From positions 359,042,001-359,106,000 of the forward strand of contig OZ024740.1 of the NCBI GenBank assembly GCA_964016885.1: a stretch of DNA of 64,000 bases, read 5' to 3'. The notes below the pieces were generated by a model, which saw nothing but the letters and a program-made list of their open reading frames with translations, ran no database searches and was not told the origin of the DNA. This DNA is from Eledone cirrhosa (lineage: Eukaryota). A program made the position numbers and the translations under genes. This document shows positions 25,560 to 40,014 of this stretch, piece after piece (positions within the stretch are counted from its first letter, which is position 1; each line of letters opens with the position of its first letter).

Positions 25560-27660
25560 TTAACAAACATGCCCACAACAAGAATTCCGGAAGAGCCAGT
25601 CTCAACATCTTAGCTTAATGCACAAGGCATCAGCCCTTCCATCAATACACAAAAATGAAAGATCCAATTCATTGAGGGTTGGATTGATGACCAACCACAC
25701 CACATCCCTTGCTTCATTGAAGCCCATCTCGACTACTCCTACCTGGAAGTTGAAGCGAGTGAGAAGAATTTTACAACTTGTCGGCAGAGGAAAGGGCGAA
25801 ATTGCTATTTTCTTGCATGATTCTTTTACGATAGCCACTCATGACACATTCCTTCTGTGAAGGATTTAACCGTAACTGGGTTCTATAGACCACTTCAAGC
25901 TGCTCCACTGTGTTTCAATGAATGTCTCAACAGCACAAATTCTTTTATCCAAAAGTGCCATCCTGATAACATACTAATAATGGGTGACTTCAACGTCCCC
26001 TGTATTGGTCTACAAACAGTTTAAAACCAGGTATTTCCACTTCAATCTCTTACAATGCGGCCGTAGAGTCAATCGTCATGTATGGGCTTTTCTCGACCCA
26101 ACTTGTGTTCACACCAAGAAGATGGCTCAAAGCAATTTTGGACCTAGTATTTAGTAACCACATAAACACCATTCACAATACTGCAGTGGAAAAAACCCTC
26201 CTTTTAGATTCCACCAGCCAAAGTTGAACACAGTGACATCTCTCCAGATCACCCATTTGATAACATATCTTTCATATGTCGACTGGTCTTTCACACACAC
26301 TTACAAACCTCCATCAACATCAAAACATATTGTGAGATATTTGCAGATACCGTTACAAATATATGTGCAAAACATACCCCAAGAAGATCTGTGAACAAAC
26401 CTAAATGCAGATATCTCAGGAATAGAACTATCATTAGAAAAATAAAAAGAATTATCAAAAACAAAGAAAAACAACTAAAATACTACCAGCTACAACACCC
26501 TATTCGATTGCTATTGCATTGCTTGAATCAACATAAAACATAACCGCCAAAGTAGCATGAAGACCATCATCAATAACCAAAGAACAGCTCAGGAGTACAG
26601 GGCCACTGAGAAAATCAACTCAATCCCAAAGCTTTTTTCATTTGCCAAAAGGTACAAGGTCGCTATCTCCACTCTCGGTCCTCTGACTGATGAAAATAAC
26701 ACCCTCCATGGTGGTGGGTGTAATTAAAACTATGACTGAGATACTACAGAAGTAATACTGCTGTTTTCAGCAATCCTGGTATGGCTGACCTGGACTGATG
26801 TTAATCCCCATTACATTATATCTGACATAAAGTTTGCCACCCCTGATATATTAGCGGATATAAATAAAAAAGTAAGCACAACTCAGTAGCTGGCCCCGAT
26901 AGTTTCCTTGCAAGAGTCCTGGATAATTGCCGACATCAACTTGCGTCCTCTCCTGCTAATCTTTGGAGAGACTCACAGGACGTCGGCTACATCCTTGAAC
27001 ATTTCCTCCTCTATTTTGTCGACCCAGCCTAATCTCACTCACCACTCATATTATCAAAGGATTTGAGAGGGTGTTGAGATAACGAATAACCCACTTCCCT
27101 GAGAGGAACAATCTGCTACAATCCAACCAGCATGGGTTCTCTGGTAGCAGAGACTACCTGATGAAGCTTCTCCATCACTTTGATGACATCCTAAAGCATT
27201 GAGAGATAGCTCCAATGCGGAGGTTATTTACTTTGATTTCAACAAAGCCTCTGGCAGGATGGAACACAACATCCTGTTGAAGAAAATATCCAACATTGGA
27301 GTGTGTAGAAAGCTAATGCCATCGATTAAATGTTTTCCGAAAAGCAGATCCCAGCATGTTATGGTCGAAGAAATACGATCAATTGCAGCCGAAGTCAGTA
27401 GTCCCACAAGGCATTATGTTTGTCCCACTTCACTTCATTGTCTAGATAAATGATATTATAGACGTCATCAAGCACATCAAGGTAAGAATTTTCGCAGATG
27501 ATTCCAAGCTCCTGAAGGTCATCAATGGAGTGGGAGACCGGACATGAATTCAATCGGATCTGCTCACAGAGGTCAATTATACAAAACCAATAGACAGTAT
27601 GACAGACTTTGTCTATTGGAGTCGACTAGAAAACCTCAAAAACGCCCTCCATCGCTTGCA
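25560..27660 (+). mobile_element. Degenerate CR1-clade LINE (APE plus RT), many stops and frameshifts
   Basis: ILIMGDFN, LDLVFSN, GPDSF, QHGF, IYFDFNKA, IFADDSKL in the expected order. Confidence 0.85.
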
Positions 27661-28624
27661 ATTAGGGAGACGATACGGGCGAAAATTTCTAATATTAGTT
27701 AGTCTAGCTTGTATTCTCCCAGTAGATGTTGTCGTATTAGTTAAAGTATGTTATATATGTGTGTGGGGGGGGGTGCGTGTGTGTGCATAGAGTTATGCAA
27801 ATCTTATCAAAATTGCCAATTTATAATATAATTTAAGCTGAGTGTGTTTATTTCATTATAGATAGAAATATAGATGGATTTGGGGGGTGGGGGGTTATGA
27901 AAAGAAGAAAATATCAACACATCATAGCAGAGAGCCTATTCAACAAATTAAGAGGATAGAATAAATTTCTTAAATTATTTAATAACCTTTAAAATGTTTC
28001 AATTCAACTAATACTTGTGCTACCAAAATATATGATAGTAAGAAAGGGGAAAATATTACATTTGACGATGTACAATGTTTGATGATTCTTTGCTATATTC
28101 CATATGTTTTCCCCCCTTTTTATTATATTTTTATAGCGTATTAGTTAAAGTATTTGTATTGTTATCAAATGATTTAAGAACTATATTCTATCAATGTAGT
28201 TTGTTATATATATATATGTGTGTGTGTTTATTTGTGTGTGTATATATATATGTGTGTGTGTGTAGGAGGAGGAGGAGGAGATTCTAATTGATCTTATATA
28301 CACATATATTTACTTGCATCCAATGCGTGCGTATTTAAATATACATATTTTGGTTTAGTTACATTTATGAAGAACAAGATCTAGTTGCATTAAAGAAACA
28401 AGTACTCGCACACACATATATGTCAATATGTGTGTACGTGTGTGTGTTTTTGAGTTTGTGTGTGTGTATTAGTAAAACTGAAAAGAGAGAAACCAAACTA
28501 TGGAAAGTGAAAAAAATCAAAATCAAATAAGCATACAGCTCTTTGAAGACCATTATTCAATGTTAACTTGACGTAGCTTATTAAATCATTGATATAAACG
28601 ATTTGCTTATATATATTTTTACAG

Positions 28625-28696
28625 ATCCTTTGCTACAAACCATATCGGAAAGATTCCACCATTTGCCTTCTCAAATTTGTCTAGTCTGAAATATCT
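28625..28696 (+). CDS. Internal exon of host LRR protein (72 nt)
   Basis: tttttacag / gtaagt, phase 2-2; SFATNHIGKIPPFAFSNLSSLKYL. Confidence 0.92.
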
Positions 28697-28923
28697 GTAA
28701 GTTGACGTTTTTTTTTTTTTGTTTTTGTTTTTTTTTGCCGGTTTAATTTTATATTTGTTTTAAAACTAATTATATTCTGTAATTCTATTCCAGAAGGTAA
28801 TACATCATTGCCTCTTATAATCGTTAACATAGTCAGTACGTTGTATCTAGCTAACTACCTGTTTACTTGTCTCTCTTTCTGTCTTCCTTGTCTCTCACAC
28901 TCTCCTTCTCTCTCCATCTTTCG

Positions 28924-28999
<76 letters not shown>

Positions 29000-29403
29000 C
29001 ATGGCTGTTGGCTTGCTTGTATCCTTCCACTTAGTCATTTAATAAATGTGCTTTCAGTATGTGATTTGACTGTATAGTTGATGGCCTGGAGCTATGTGTA
29101 ATTAATAAGATGTTACCTACTGAGCAAGAGCCGGATACTATAATGATAGCTTTTATCTAATAATGGTAGTTTGCGTTATGTAGAAACAGTTATTTCTTGT
29201 CGGCTCGAAACAGATCTGTATAGAACTTAAGAATCGGTTTTTACCATCTACATGTAAGTTCATTACTTGCCTTCCTGTTTTCTTGTGCCATTTACCTACG
29301 TGTGGTCTTTTATATGTTTGTTTCGGTAACTGATGTGTGCTTTTCGCAACTGTTTTGTCAACGACCGATTGCCAGACAATATAATCGATATTATTGTGTA
29401 TTG

Positions 29404-29509
<106 letters not shown>

Positions 29510-31067
29510 TTGTGTGCGTGTGTGCATGTGCGTGTGCATGTGCGTGTAAACATTAGCCGTTATGCTAAATCTTAAATCGATATGATTTTAAGAGGTAAAA
29601 TGTTCCTTATATACTATTTTTATTAATTCTGATGATTTCTATCTTTTGTTCATATAATAAATGAAGTAATGATTAATTATGTGACTGTTTAAGATTTGGA
29701 AGAAACGTGCATTAAAATCTAATATAATTAACCGTGTTGCTCTTATTTATCGTTGTTATACATATATATATGTATATATATATGTATATATATATATATA
29801 TATGTATATATACTGGGCGGTTTTACTGTATTGAGAAGACGACTATATCCTAGATATATCTACAATATTCAAATAGAATAACAACGTCGTTTCTAGTTTC
29901 ACACTCTTTTTCGGCTGCTTAGGCTTCACGTGTATAGTTCTCTCTTTTTCGGCATCTAGAGCAAATGTGATTAGTGCAAGTTTACTCCTTGAATTTGGAG
30001 TTTGACTGTTAGATTCATACGTCATCGATCACCTATGTATTTGTATTTTGTTTGTGATATATCTATCTTGTCTCTGTTTATTTAAGCGATATTATGAATA
30101 AGGCTTCGTTTATTATCCCTTATTTTTTATGAGTAATTCTAAATATGTTGATCTCTATTGCTTGGCTATTTGTATTTTGTGGTGTGGTGTGGTGTGTTGC
30201 AATTGCATATTGTTGGAAGGGTATGGTTAGCCTACGTATGAGTATTGTACTTCTGTTGCGAATAAATGACTTCGGACTATAGGTTTTACAGCTTATACAT
30301 TTGCCAACTATTATCAGACATCTCATAAACTGGAACATAAAACTCCAAACCATAAGCAAAAGAAAGCAAACAAATAGCCACGAATGAGCGAGGTGATTGA
30401 AGAATTTGATGGTAAACTTGAAAACAGTGAACTTCATGACACTATGTATGAATACGTATGTGTTTGTTTGTTTATGTGTGTGCTTGTATGAATATGTGTG
30501 TATGTGAGAGAGAGAGGGGGACAGACAGAGAGAGAGATAGTGAACTAGACAGATAGATAGATAGATTAGATAGAAAGAGAGAGAGGGGGAGAGACAGAGA
30601 GAGTCAGAGAGAAAGAAAGAAAGAGGGAGTATGTGCGTGCATGTGTTACGCTTGTTTATCTTTCGCCGCTTCACATTTAACAGCGCTAGCCGCCCGGAGT
30701 TTGTTTCTGTTATATATATATATACAGAAGGAAATTATGACAGCACAGTGGTTAGCCTTACTTTGCTTTAAAAAGTGAAGGATTGCATCCACCGCACGAA
30801 GTATTCTATCCAACACACTTACAAAAGTGTATATTTCCAGTTTTGATCATGAGGTTTCTCTACATTCATAAAGTTTATAATTTTGGGGACGTGTAACATG
30901 CTGCTTTTTTTCTGTGTATGATCGAACATAAATGTTAATAAATAATAGTATTAAGCAAAATATTCAATATAGTAATGCGAAAAGGATATAATTGTATAAA
31001 TCATTTTTTTTAAATACCATTTATATATATATAATAATTAAATTCGTATCTAATTTAATTGTTTCAG

Positions 31068-31139
31068 ATCAGTAGCCAGAAATCAAATCAGTGAACTGCT
31101 TAATTTTACATTTGCGAATTTAACTGGACTAAAAAAGAT
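31068..31139 (+). CDS. Internal exon of host LRR protein (72 nt)
   Basis: gtttcag / gtaagt, phase 2-2; SVARNQISELLNFTFANLTGLKK. Confidence 0.92.
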
Positions 31140-32469
31140 GTAAGTCATTTTTTTACACCCATTGCATGTAATGCAATATTTATTTTAAACTAACAATGAT
31201 GTAGATTTTAACAATAGTAGTTTCAATAAACATTTTTCCAGGAGAAATTATCAATGATTTTTATTGGTTAATTTGAATCAATTATTGAAATAGTTATGTT
31301 TATTTATACAATTATCCTACAGGAATCGAGCACTAACACATTTGTACATCAGCATTCTTTTCAAATCATAGTCGAACTTCAATTTTATAAATGCATGAGT
31401 TGTAAAGAACATCATTTCAGCTGAAAACATCAGCATTTGATGTGTATTTGAACATCAATTATTACTTTCATTTATAGTTTATATTCAGCAAAGCAGTAAT
31501 ACTTGTGTGAATTAGTTTTGTCAATGTTTCTGTAGACTTTACGCTCGAACTAATTGTTACATATTTACAAGACCTGTTAGATACAATTAAATAATGTTTT
31601 ATTAAAAGACTTCCCGATATATCATTCACTAGTTGGGTGATACTGATTCTTAACGCCTAGATTCGTTAAATAATTTAAATCCCTATAACTATTAGCATAT
31701 TTTTGTTGTTGTTTGGGTTTTTTTCTCGTAAATTCAAATTTAAAAAGACGAAGACTGAAGATTTTTCGTACAGAATCTATTAATATATTAATGGACCAAC
31801 ACGTGAAATAGTTTTTTGTTTCTTGAAATCACCAAAGCTCAGTTTGGTAAAATCAAACCACGATAATTATTCGACGTTTACTAACAACAGAAAAATACAT
31901 TATAAATCACATCAGTTATTTTTTTAAAGGATATCATGTCATGTGAACTCCATTCAGATGTTACAACTTTGTGGTTCAAAACTTTAAGAACGAACGGTAT
32001 ATCATATTTATTTATACTTTCATCAGATCCACTAATCTCTAAATACTTACTTTCTGGCATTATAACTGTTTATACTGGATTAGATTTATCACACGATTAG
32101 GTCAAATTTACGATCTTCTTCAGTTACTTTAAATCTAAACAATAGATATTCAAAGAATGCTCTTGATTGACGTTAGAAAACTGGATAAATTTGTTCCAAT
32201 TTATTTCTATCCGTTTGAATTTATTCTAGATCAATAAAACAAGTATTAGTAATCTGCTGGAGCTGATTCAACCGACATTTAGGCTTTTGACAATTGACTT
32301 TGTTTAAAAATGTCTTCAGTCATTTTACAAGCTATTATGATACGATTTACTTTTTAATAATAAATTAAATTATTTGTTTTTATCTCATGTCACCTACATC
32401 AAGGGTATTCAAATCCCTAAACCAGGATTGGTAGGTGGAATTTTGTGAAGAAAGTTGCAAGTTATAGAG

Positions 32470-33700
32470 AGAACAAGGATGGAGCTAGCAGACTTTATTT
32501 TAAGCTATTGGTGATCGAAAAGAGTCCTGATGTGTTGCTTTGACATGTCACCTGCCTTGCCATAAAGTCATAGAGTGCCCCGACGAATGTCGAAAAAAGG
32601 ATCATCGCAACCGAATCATTTTATCACCATCCACATAGCTATGTGTGGTACGGTGTCGAAAGACGGTTTCGAAATCCTAGAAGACAAGACAAACAAGAGT
32701 TCCGTTGTTCTCTGAATGTTTCATGCAGCTGTCCTGCACAGAAAATCAGGTATTGTCTGGGTTTCCCACATTTTGAGGAAGAGATTGAGTAATCTTCTCA
32801 AAAACCACCAGGAACAGACAACATCTCCAAATGGATGCTATCTGTTCCTGGTGACTTCCTTTGTTACATATTTTTTATGGCATCAAATGTTCACGAAAAA
32901 GGAGACTGCTGATGTGTTCCTTCAAGCAGTTCATGGGCGTTGTCGGGTGTTATTAAATATACCTGTTAAAGCTCGGATTGAGCCGTACAGTTCTTTGGCT
33001 CAGGCATAGACATTTCTATGGTGACTAGTGTCTGCATATTGCTGAAGTAGTATAGACTTTCCTACCCCGTTGTTAGAATGCCTCCCTAGTGCGAGTCTGA
33101 CATATCTGTTTGAGGTTTTGAAAGCATTTTTACTTCATGTTTCAGGTTGGATTTTGTTCAGATGATAGGCGAGCATTTCTTTTAGCATTCATCAGTCTTG
33201 GAGTTTCAAGGTTATTTACATCGAAGCATCCCTTGTTATTCCTTTACATGAAGCCAATGCTGTTCTCAACTGCTTCATGGATTATGATTCAGATTGTTGT
33301 TCACTCTTCATTTGTGTCCTTGGTGTTGACCTGGTTTTATGCTTGCTTGTCTGTGGTCTATTCTTGGAATCCACCAGATTGGTCTTCAAGTTTCGGTGTA
33401 GTGAATTTTCTTCTTGGCTACAATTGTAAATGGATTGATGTTACAAACGAAAGTGGACTGTGGGTCGGCTGCTGAGGCGTTTGTGATCCATCCACACCAG
33501 CCTTTTTTGTAGTGTTTGGTGATTGTACTTGCCCAAGCATAGAAGTTAGACCGGATTTCTGAACCGTATCATGTTCGAGAAAGGTGACCTTTACACATCT
33601 GCCGCCAACATGCAGGTCCTGCCTAGGAGATCCCAGTTTCACAAAACCGGCTCCAGTCATCCTTGACACAAACTGTTGGACTGTGTACAGGAGGGTGGAA
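32470..33700 (-). mobile_element. Degenerate RTE/BovB-like LINE fragment
   Basis: Minus strand LLQQYADT..NVYA*AKELYGS and a decayed ITN.LK...LLAPSLF RT block. Confidence 0.7.
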
Positions 33701-33902
33701 GATGAAAAAAGATCAATGAAAGAAATGCCTGAGGCGTCGTTTTAATTAGGGTAGATCTTGACTACCCTGAAAGAGACCAACTCACTGTGGTTTCACAGTA
33801 GTTCTCTGTGTGCATGCTGAGCATGTGACTACTTCTATAGCCTTGGGTTGAACAATAACTTTTAAGTGGAATTCGGAAGTCAGAAGCTGCACAGTGCTTA
33901 TT

Positions 33903-34017
<115 letters not shown>

Positions 34018-34044
34018 ACTCACACATACGCGTGTATATGTATA

Positions 34045-34458
<414 letters not shown>

Positions 34459-34847
34459 GGAGGGGTGCGTACACGCGTATATATATATATATATATGGGT
34501 GTGTTGTATGTGTGTCTCTTCATATTTGAAGCTAATTCATTCTTATTGAATAAGATCACAGGATTAAGAGAAAGTGTAAATAGTTTTACTTAATGTGTGA
34601 CAATTATTGGATTTCATATTCTATTATTTTTATATAGTTTAATTCTTAAAGTATTTTGTTTAATTTAATGTATACCTGGGTGTAAGGAGGGAAACCACAA
34701 ATAACAATAAATAACTCCGACACATTGAAACCGGAAAATCGTGATGTAATTCGTATATACAAATATTAGATATGGCAACGTTTAATACTTGAAACTATAA
34801 ACAGAATTATATTAGGAATTTTGATGAATTTTGATGAATAATATTAT

Positions 34848-35001
34848 TTGGCAGTATCGGTTGACGGTTGCAGCATAAAATTACGGCCCCATTACGGTTT
34901 GAGTACAAATCACGTCGAGGTTTACTGTTACTTTAATCCTTGCGGAGTCGAAAAAATAATGCACTGGAATAATTGCTGGCCTTGTGCTAAATGGAGAAAC
35001 A
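34848..35001 (+). mobile_element. Diverged tRNA-derived SINE
   Basis: ttggcagtatcgg...aattgctggccttgtgctaaatggagaaaca. Confidence 0.75.
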
Positions 35002-36173
35002 TTTATATTTTAGCCCATCATAGCTATATGAATTCTAAGCAATGCCATGTTAGCACCTCATTACTTTACGTTTCGTTAGTAGGAGCATAGGTAAAGTGAT
35101 TTGAAGACATGACACCTATCTTTTGATCTTTGTGCGCAGTGATCAATGCAGGATTTCGGATCATTTGATTCTGCTTCTCTCAGAGTGTGCCTGTATTTGG
35201 GAAATGAACACTTTATAAGTTTGGCGAATGTTTTCATTGTATTATTGGTAAATACACCGGAAACTGGTGTAAATGCAAGTAAAATGCTATAGAAAGGGAA
35301 AGGAAAGACACAATTATGAGCACTTGTAAATTTGCAAATATGATCACAGCAGATCGAGTGTCAGGTTTAACTTTGAAAATAGTAGATTATAGTGTGTGGG
35401 TGATAAAAGAATGAAAGAAGAGAGAAACAATGAAAGAGTGAGGGGAAAGGATAGTCCAAGACGTAATAAAATGAGACAGGGGCTGTCAGTAAGAGAAGTT
35501 AATATTAAGGCGTAAGAAACGACTAAGTGGATATTCTAACAGGTGAGGCCATTTTCCCATTGCATTATTAATATGTTACATCTTTCCATGATGGTCAAAA
35601 TATGTACCTGTAAGGATTGATCAATATAATTGACTCTTCTTTCGTATTAAAATGTCTTGCCTTGTGCATATTTAAAACATAATACAAATCTAATTTTCCG
35701 TTAAAGAGAAATTAAGCATACATATTAACAGATAAGGATACATTGAGAAGATAAGAGACAGAATGTCAGACATAACGCTAGAAAGAAAGGAAAGACAAAG
35801 ATTGAAATGTAGGAGAAGATGTAAAAGAATGAAAGTAAGAGAAGATAAAATGAGAGAGATGGGGAGAGGCTCTAAAATGTAGAGCAGTGTAACAAATTGA
35901 TACACCAAATGTGGTAGTTATTTTCAAAGAAAGGTGCGTGGTTGATAAATACAATAAAAGGAAGGAGTCTGATGAAAATTTGCCGAGGGACAAGAACAGA
36001 CTCTTAAAATATTGAATAGAACGAAGGAAAAAAATCCTAATGATATTTATAAACAAAATATGAAATATAAAATCAATTCAGCAAAAATCTGAGAAAACAA
36101 AAACAAAAAGAAAAATAAATAAGGAGGGCTATGCTTTATTCACAAACAAAAATAAAACTTTTTAAAAAATAAT

Positions 36174-36360
36174 TGTTTCTACTTTTGGCACAAGGCCAGC
36201 AATTACCCAGTGTATTACTAGTACTTTATTTTATCGACCCCGTAAGGATGAAAGACAAAGTTAACCTCGGCGGGATTTGAACTCAGAATGGCAAGGGCCG
36301 TAACTCAATGCGTCAAAGCATGGCGTCCGACCCTCTACCGATACTGCCAATCCACCGCCC
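36174..36360 (-). mobile_element. Full-length tRNA-derived SINE with 15-bp TSD
   Basis: tttttaaaaaataat at 36159-36173 and 36361-36375. Confidence 0.93.
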
Positions 36361-36678
36361 TTTTTAAAAAATAATGATGAAAAATGGGAATAAAGAAAAT
36401 AACTCAGCTAACAGGGTTTTATACAATATATATTTAGCTTAATGCTTAAATATAAAGATATATTCTTTATTATGATAAAGATAAATTCTACCTCCGCGAA
36501 ATTCAACTTCATAATATAAGAGTCGCATTAGATAATAAAATCAATTAGTCGGAATTATAACAAGAGTTAATGCACACAGGGTTCGAACAAATTTTAAACT
36601 AGTTATCAGCAAATCGTTTTCTGCAATCTAGCTAAACAAACTGTTGCTATACTCTTTCTCTTTCCACACATACACACA

Positions 36679-36758
<80 letters not shown>

Positions 36759-36762
36759 GTGT

Positions 36763-37684
36763 GATCTATATTGTTGATATACGATGTAAGTTATATATTT
36801 TACACTCAGCCTCACCGCTATGTCCGTGTCAGTATAAAATCTTTTCCTGGGTCCTGTATTTTCGTTGCTCTGGTAATGCGGCTGGACTGCCGACCGCTAT
36901 ATCTGATTTGCTAAGCTGTCTGAACGTAATGTTATTACTCTGGGGTCTTTCCTCATCCGAGTGCTCAAGCTACAGACCGATTATGCATATACGCTAGCTT
37001 GGCCGTATTCTAAAGCTTCGTCAATGCTGTACTAAAATTTATATTTACTCCTAGAATTAACGATTAACTGATTAATTTAATTAGATGATTCTATTGATTG
37101 ATTAATTGTTTAAGTCTGTTTGATAACTTCTAGTCGAGTGATTTATTCGGTTTGTCTAAAGGGATTCATTCCTTTATCTCAAATTAGAATTCACCGCCTA
37201 AGCGGGGGTTACCTCCCTTGGAGTAAACCACGTGTCTGTGGCGACATTTAAAGTTACAACATACCCGCTCTGGCTAAGAACGAAAGACTTGCTGAAGAAG
37301 TAAATCCTATGTTCTGTCGTCAAAAACCATTATAGTGCAGACTCCTGCAATAGGAATTTGTCGATCTTGGATTTGCAGAAACTTAGCGCTGATATTGTGT
37401 GCGATATTGCGATCTATATTGTGGATACACCATGTGGGTTATATATTTTACACTCAGCCTCACCGCTATGTCCGGGTCAGTATAAAATCTTTTCCTGGGT
37501 CCTGTATTTTCGTTGCTCTGGTCATGCGGCTGGACTGCCGACCGCTATATCTGATTTGCTAAGCTGTCTGAACGTAATGTAATTACTGTGGGGTCTTTCC
37601 TCATCCGAGTGCTCAAGCTACAGACCGATTATGCATACACGCTAGCTTGTCCGTATTCTAAAGCTTCGTCAATGCTGTACTAAA

Positions 37685-37692
<8 letters not shown>
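36763..37692. mobile_element. Non-coding element with ~280-bp direct terminal repeats (period 648 bp) in (TA)n
   Basis: 36763-37044 closely matches 37411-37692; unique internal segment with an HHR-like core. Confidence 0.8.
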
Positions 37693-37713
<21 letters not shown>

Positions 37714-37715
<2 letters not shown>

Positions 37716-37820
37716 AATAAAAGGAATTCCAACTTTGTCTGATTTACTCGTTTTATTTACAATCCTTTAAAATTTATAATGGTATTAGAATGAAATAGTA
37801 TGGTAGAATATTAAATGTTA
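37714..37820. repeat. Uninterrupted copy of the ~110-bp dispersed repeat
   Basis: Reverse complement of 13046-13273 without the SINE. Confidence 0.85.
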
Positions 37821-38007
37821 AGTGTTAATTGAACAAGTACTTTCATGCTTTCGCAATCTTCAGGTTCATAATGTGTGGTGGCAGTCAAGTTTGCAATTGC
37901 AAACTTGACTGTCACCACACATTATGTTATCACCAGTTATCACCAGAAACTTCAAGAGGCAAGATCTGCCAGTTTCAAGAAAGAACACACACACACACAC
38001 ACACACA

Positions 38008-38074
<67 letters not shown>

Positions 38075-38076
<2 letters not shown>

Positions 38077-39780
38077 CTTGGATCTTTAGGTGTTTAGACT
38101 TGTAATGTATTTATATTGACAGAATCTTCCTGAGTATAGTTCCCATTAGTACTATCGTTTGTATTTCTTCTATACGCGGGTTTCCTGGGATTTGGGATAA
38201 GTAATCATTAGATCCTTAGGTATCATTCCTAGAGCGCCTAAAACCATTGATATTCTTTTAGTTCTCAACTTCCACATTTTTCCAATATCTATCTCCAGGT
38301 CTTTATACTTGTTCAATTTTTCAAATATTTTTATAGATACATTCTTGTCTATTGGAACGGACATATCAATTAGCAGGGATATCCTCTTTTTAAAGTCCTT
38401 CAGTATTATATCAGGTCTATTTGCATCTATTTTGGGGTCTGCTATTTTTCGGATGCTAAAGTTCCACAAAATTGAGATGTGAACCTTTCTCGGGAGGTGG
38501 TTGATGCTCCCACCAATTCTTTTGATGGGGCAAGTCAAAATGCTTACACATTATGCAATGTGTGTATTGTGCAGCTCTGTCATGCCTGTTTAGGTATTCG
38601 GTTGGAGCTATAGGACTGCACATTGAAATTATATGATCAATGATCTCTGGTTGTTTTTTACATACACGGCATAATGAGTTGCATCCATTTTTATGATGTT
38701 GGCTTGATAATTTTTTTGTTGGCAGACACTGATCTTGTGCTGGTATAATCAGTCCTTCAGTCTCCGACTCCAGTCCAGAGGATGCCAACCACTGATGGGT
38801 TAAAGTTTTGTCAACATCGGGATTGTTAGCTCTTTCTGGATATTTTCCATACAGAGTCTTTTCTTGCCAGTTTCTGTAGCAGTTCTTTTTTTGCAGTTAC
38901 TTTTACCTGCTTTGCTTTTTCTGTGTTTTTCATTTCAGAAGTAATGGAAACTTCTGGAATGTGTAGTTCATTACTGAATTTTTGTGCATCTTTTGTAATG
39001 GAGTATGATCTTTTGTTGCTTTCATGTTTCAAAACGAGTTTTATCATCCAATCATGTGCTTTCTTTAGATATGTAGATAATCAAATTGTAGCAGCTTTCA
39101 AAGCACTATCTATCTGGATTAATCGACGTCCTCCTTCTTTCCCAGGGAGATATATTCTATATGTATCTGCCTTAGGGTAATGCATTCTGTGCATGGTTAA
39201 TAATTTTCTAATTTTCGTATCGAGCCTACGGATCTCTGTGCTTGACCAGTTGATGATTTGAAACTGTAGGTTACTACTGGTATGGAAAGTGTGTTCATGG
39301 TATCGATTCTATTCCTTGCATTCAACTCCGTCTTTAACATTGCTCTTACTCTGTGGTAACATTCATTTCCCTCATTGTCGAGGGCTTGATTCCATCTCCT
39401 TCATAAACACCTAGATATTTGTAGTTTCGTCTTGATCAAATTCCCTTATCTCATTCCCCCGATCAAGATTAATATCTGAACATCTCAGCCTCTTTCCTCT
39501 GGTGAACGTGGCTTTGGCGCATTTATCTGGTCCAAACTCCATTTTAATATCATCACTGAACTCCTTCACAGTGGATGATAGCCCTTGCAATTGCTCATCA
39601 TTTTTTGCAAATAGCTTCAGGTTATCCATGTAGAACAAGTGATTAAGGGTTTTGTCATGAACTTTATATCCATGATTTGTTTCATTGAGCATTTTACTTA
39701 ATGGCATGAGTGCGATGCAGAATAAAAGCGGTGATAAAGACTCACCCTAAAAAATCCCACAATTAATATTAACTTCTCAA
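38075..39780 (-). mobile_element. 5'-truncated R4/Dong-type non-LTR retrotransposon (RT plus restriction-like endonuclease), disrupted
   Basis: NHLFYMDNLKLFAK, ETEGLI.AQDQ, CRVC..E.IDHIIS.C, RHD, NRPDII, KYKDL, VLGALG. Confidence 0.9.
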
Positions 39781-40014
39781 TGCTTTTATTATTATTATTA
39801 TTATTATTGATCTGTTCGGACCTCTTTTTGCTCGCTCCCAGTAAGTCGCTTTATTTACCTGTTATAATTATTTGTTGTTAAATTGTTCTTGTTGTGTAAG
39901 GGATATAAGCCCTTGGACTTTGCCCTGTGAAGGGGAAAGTAAAATATTTGGGCCTTTTGGTCCAAATATTAGAACATTTTACTTTTTAAAAAAATTGTTT
40001 AAAAAAAAAATAAC

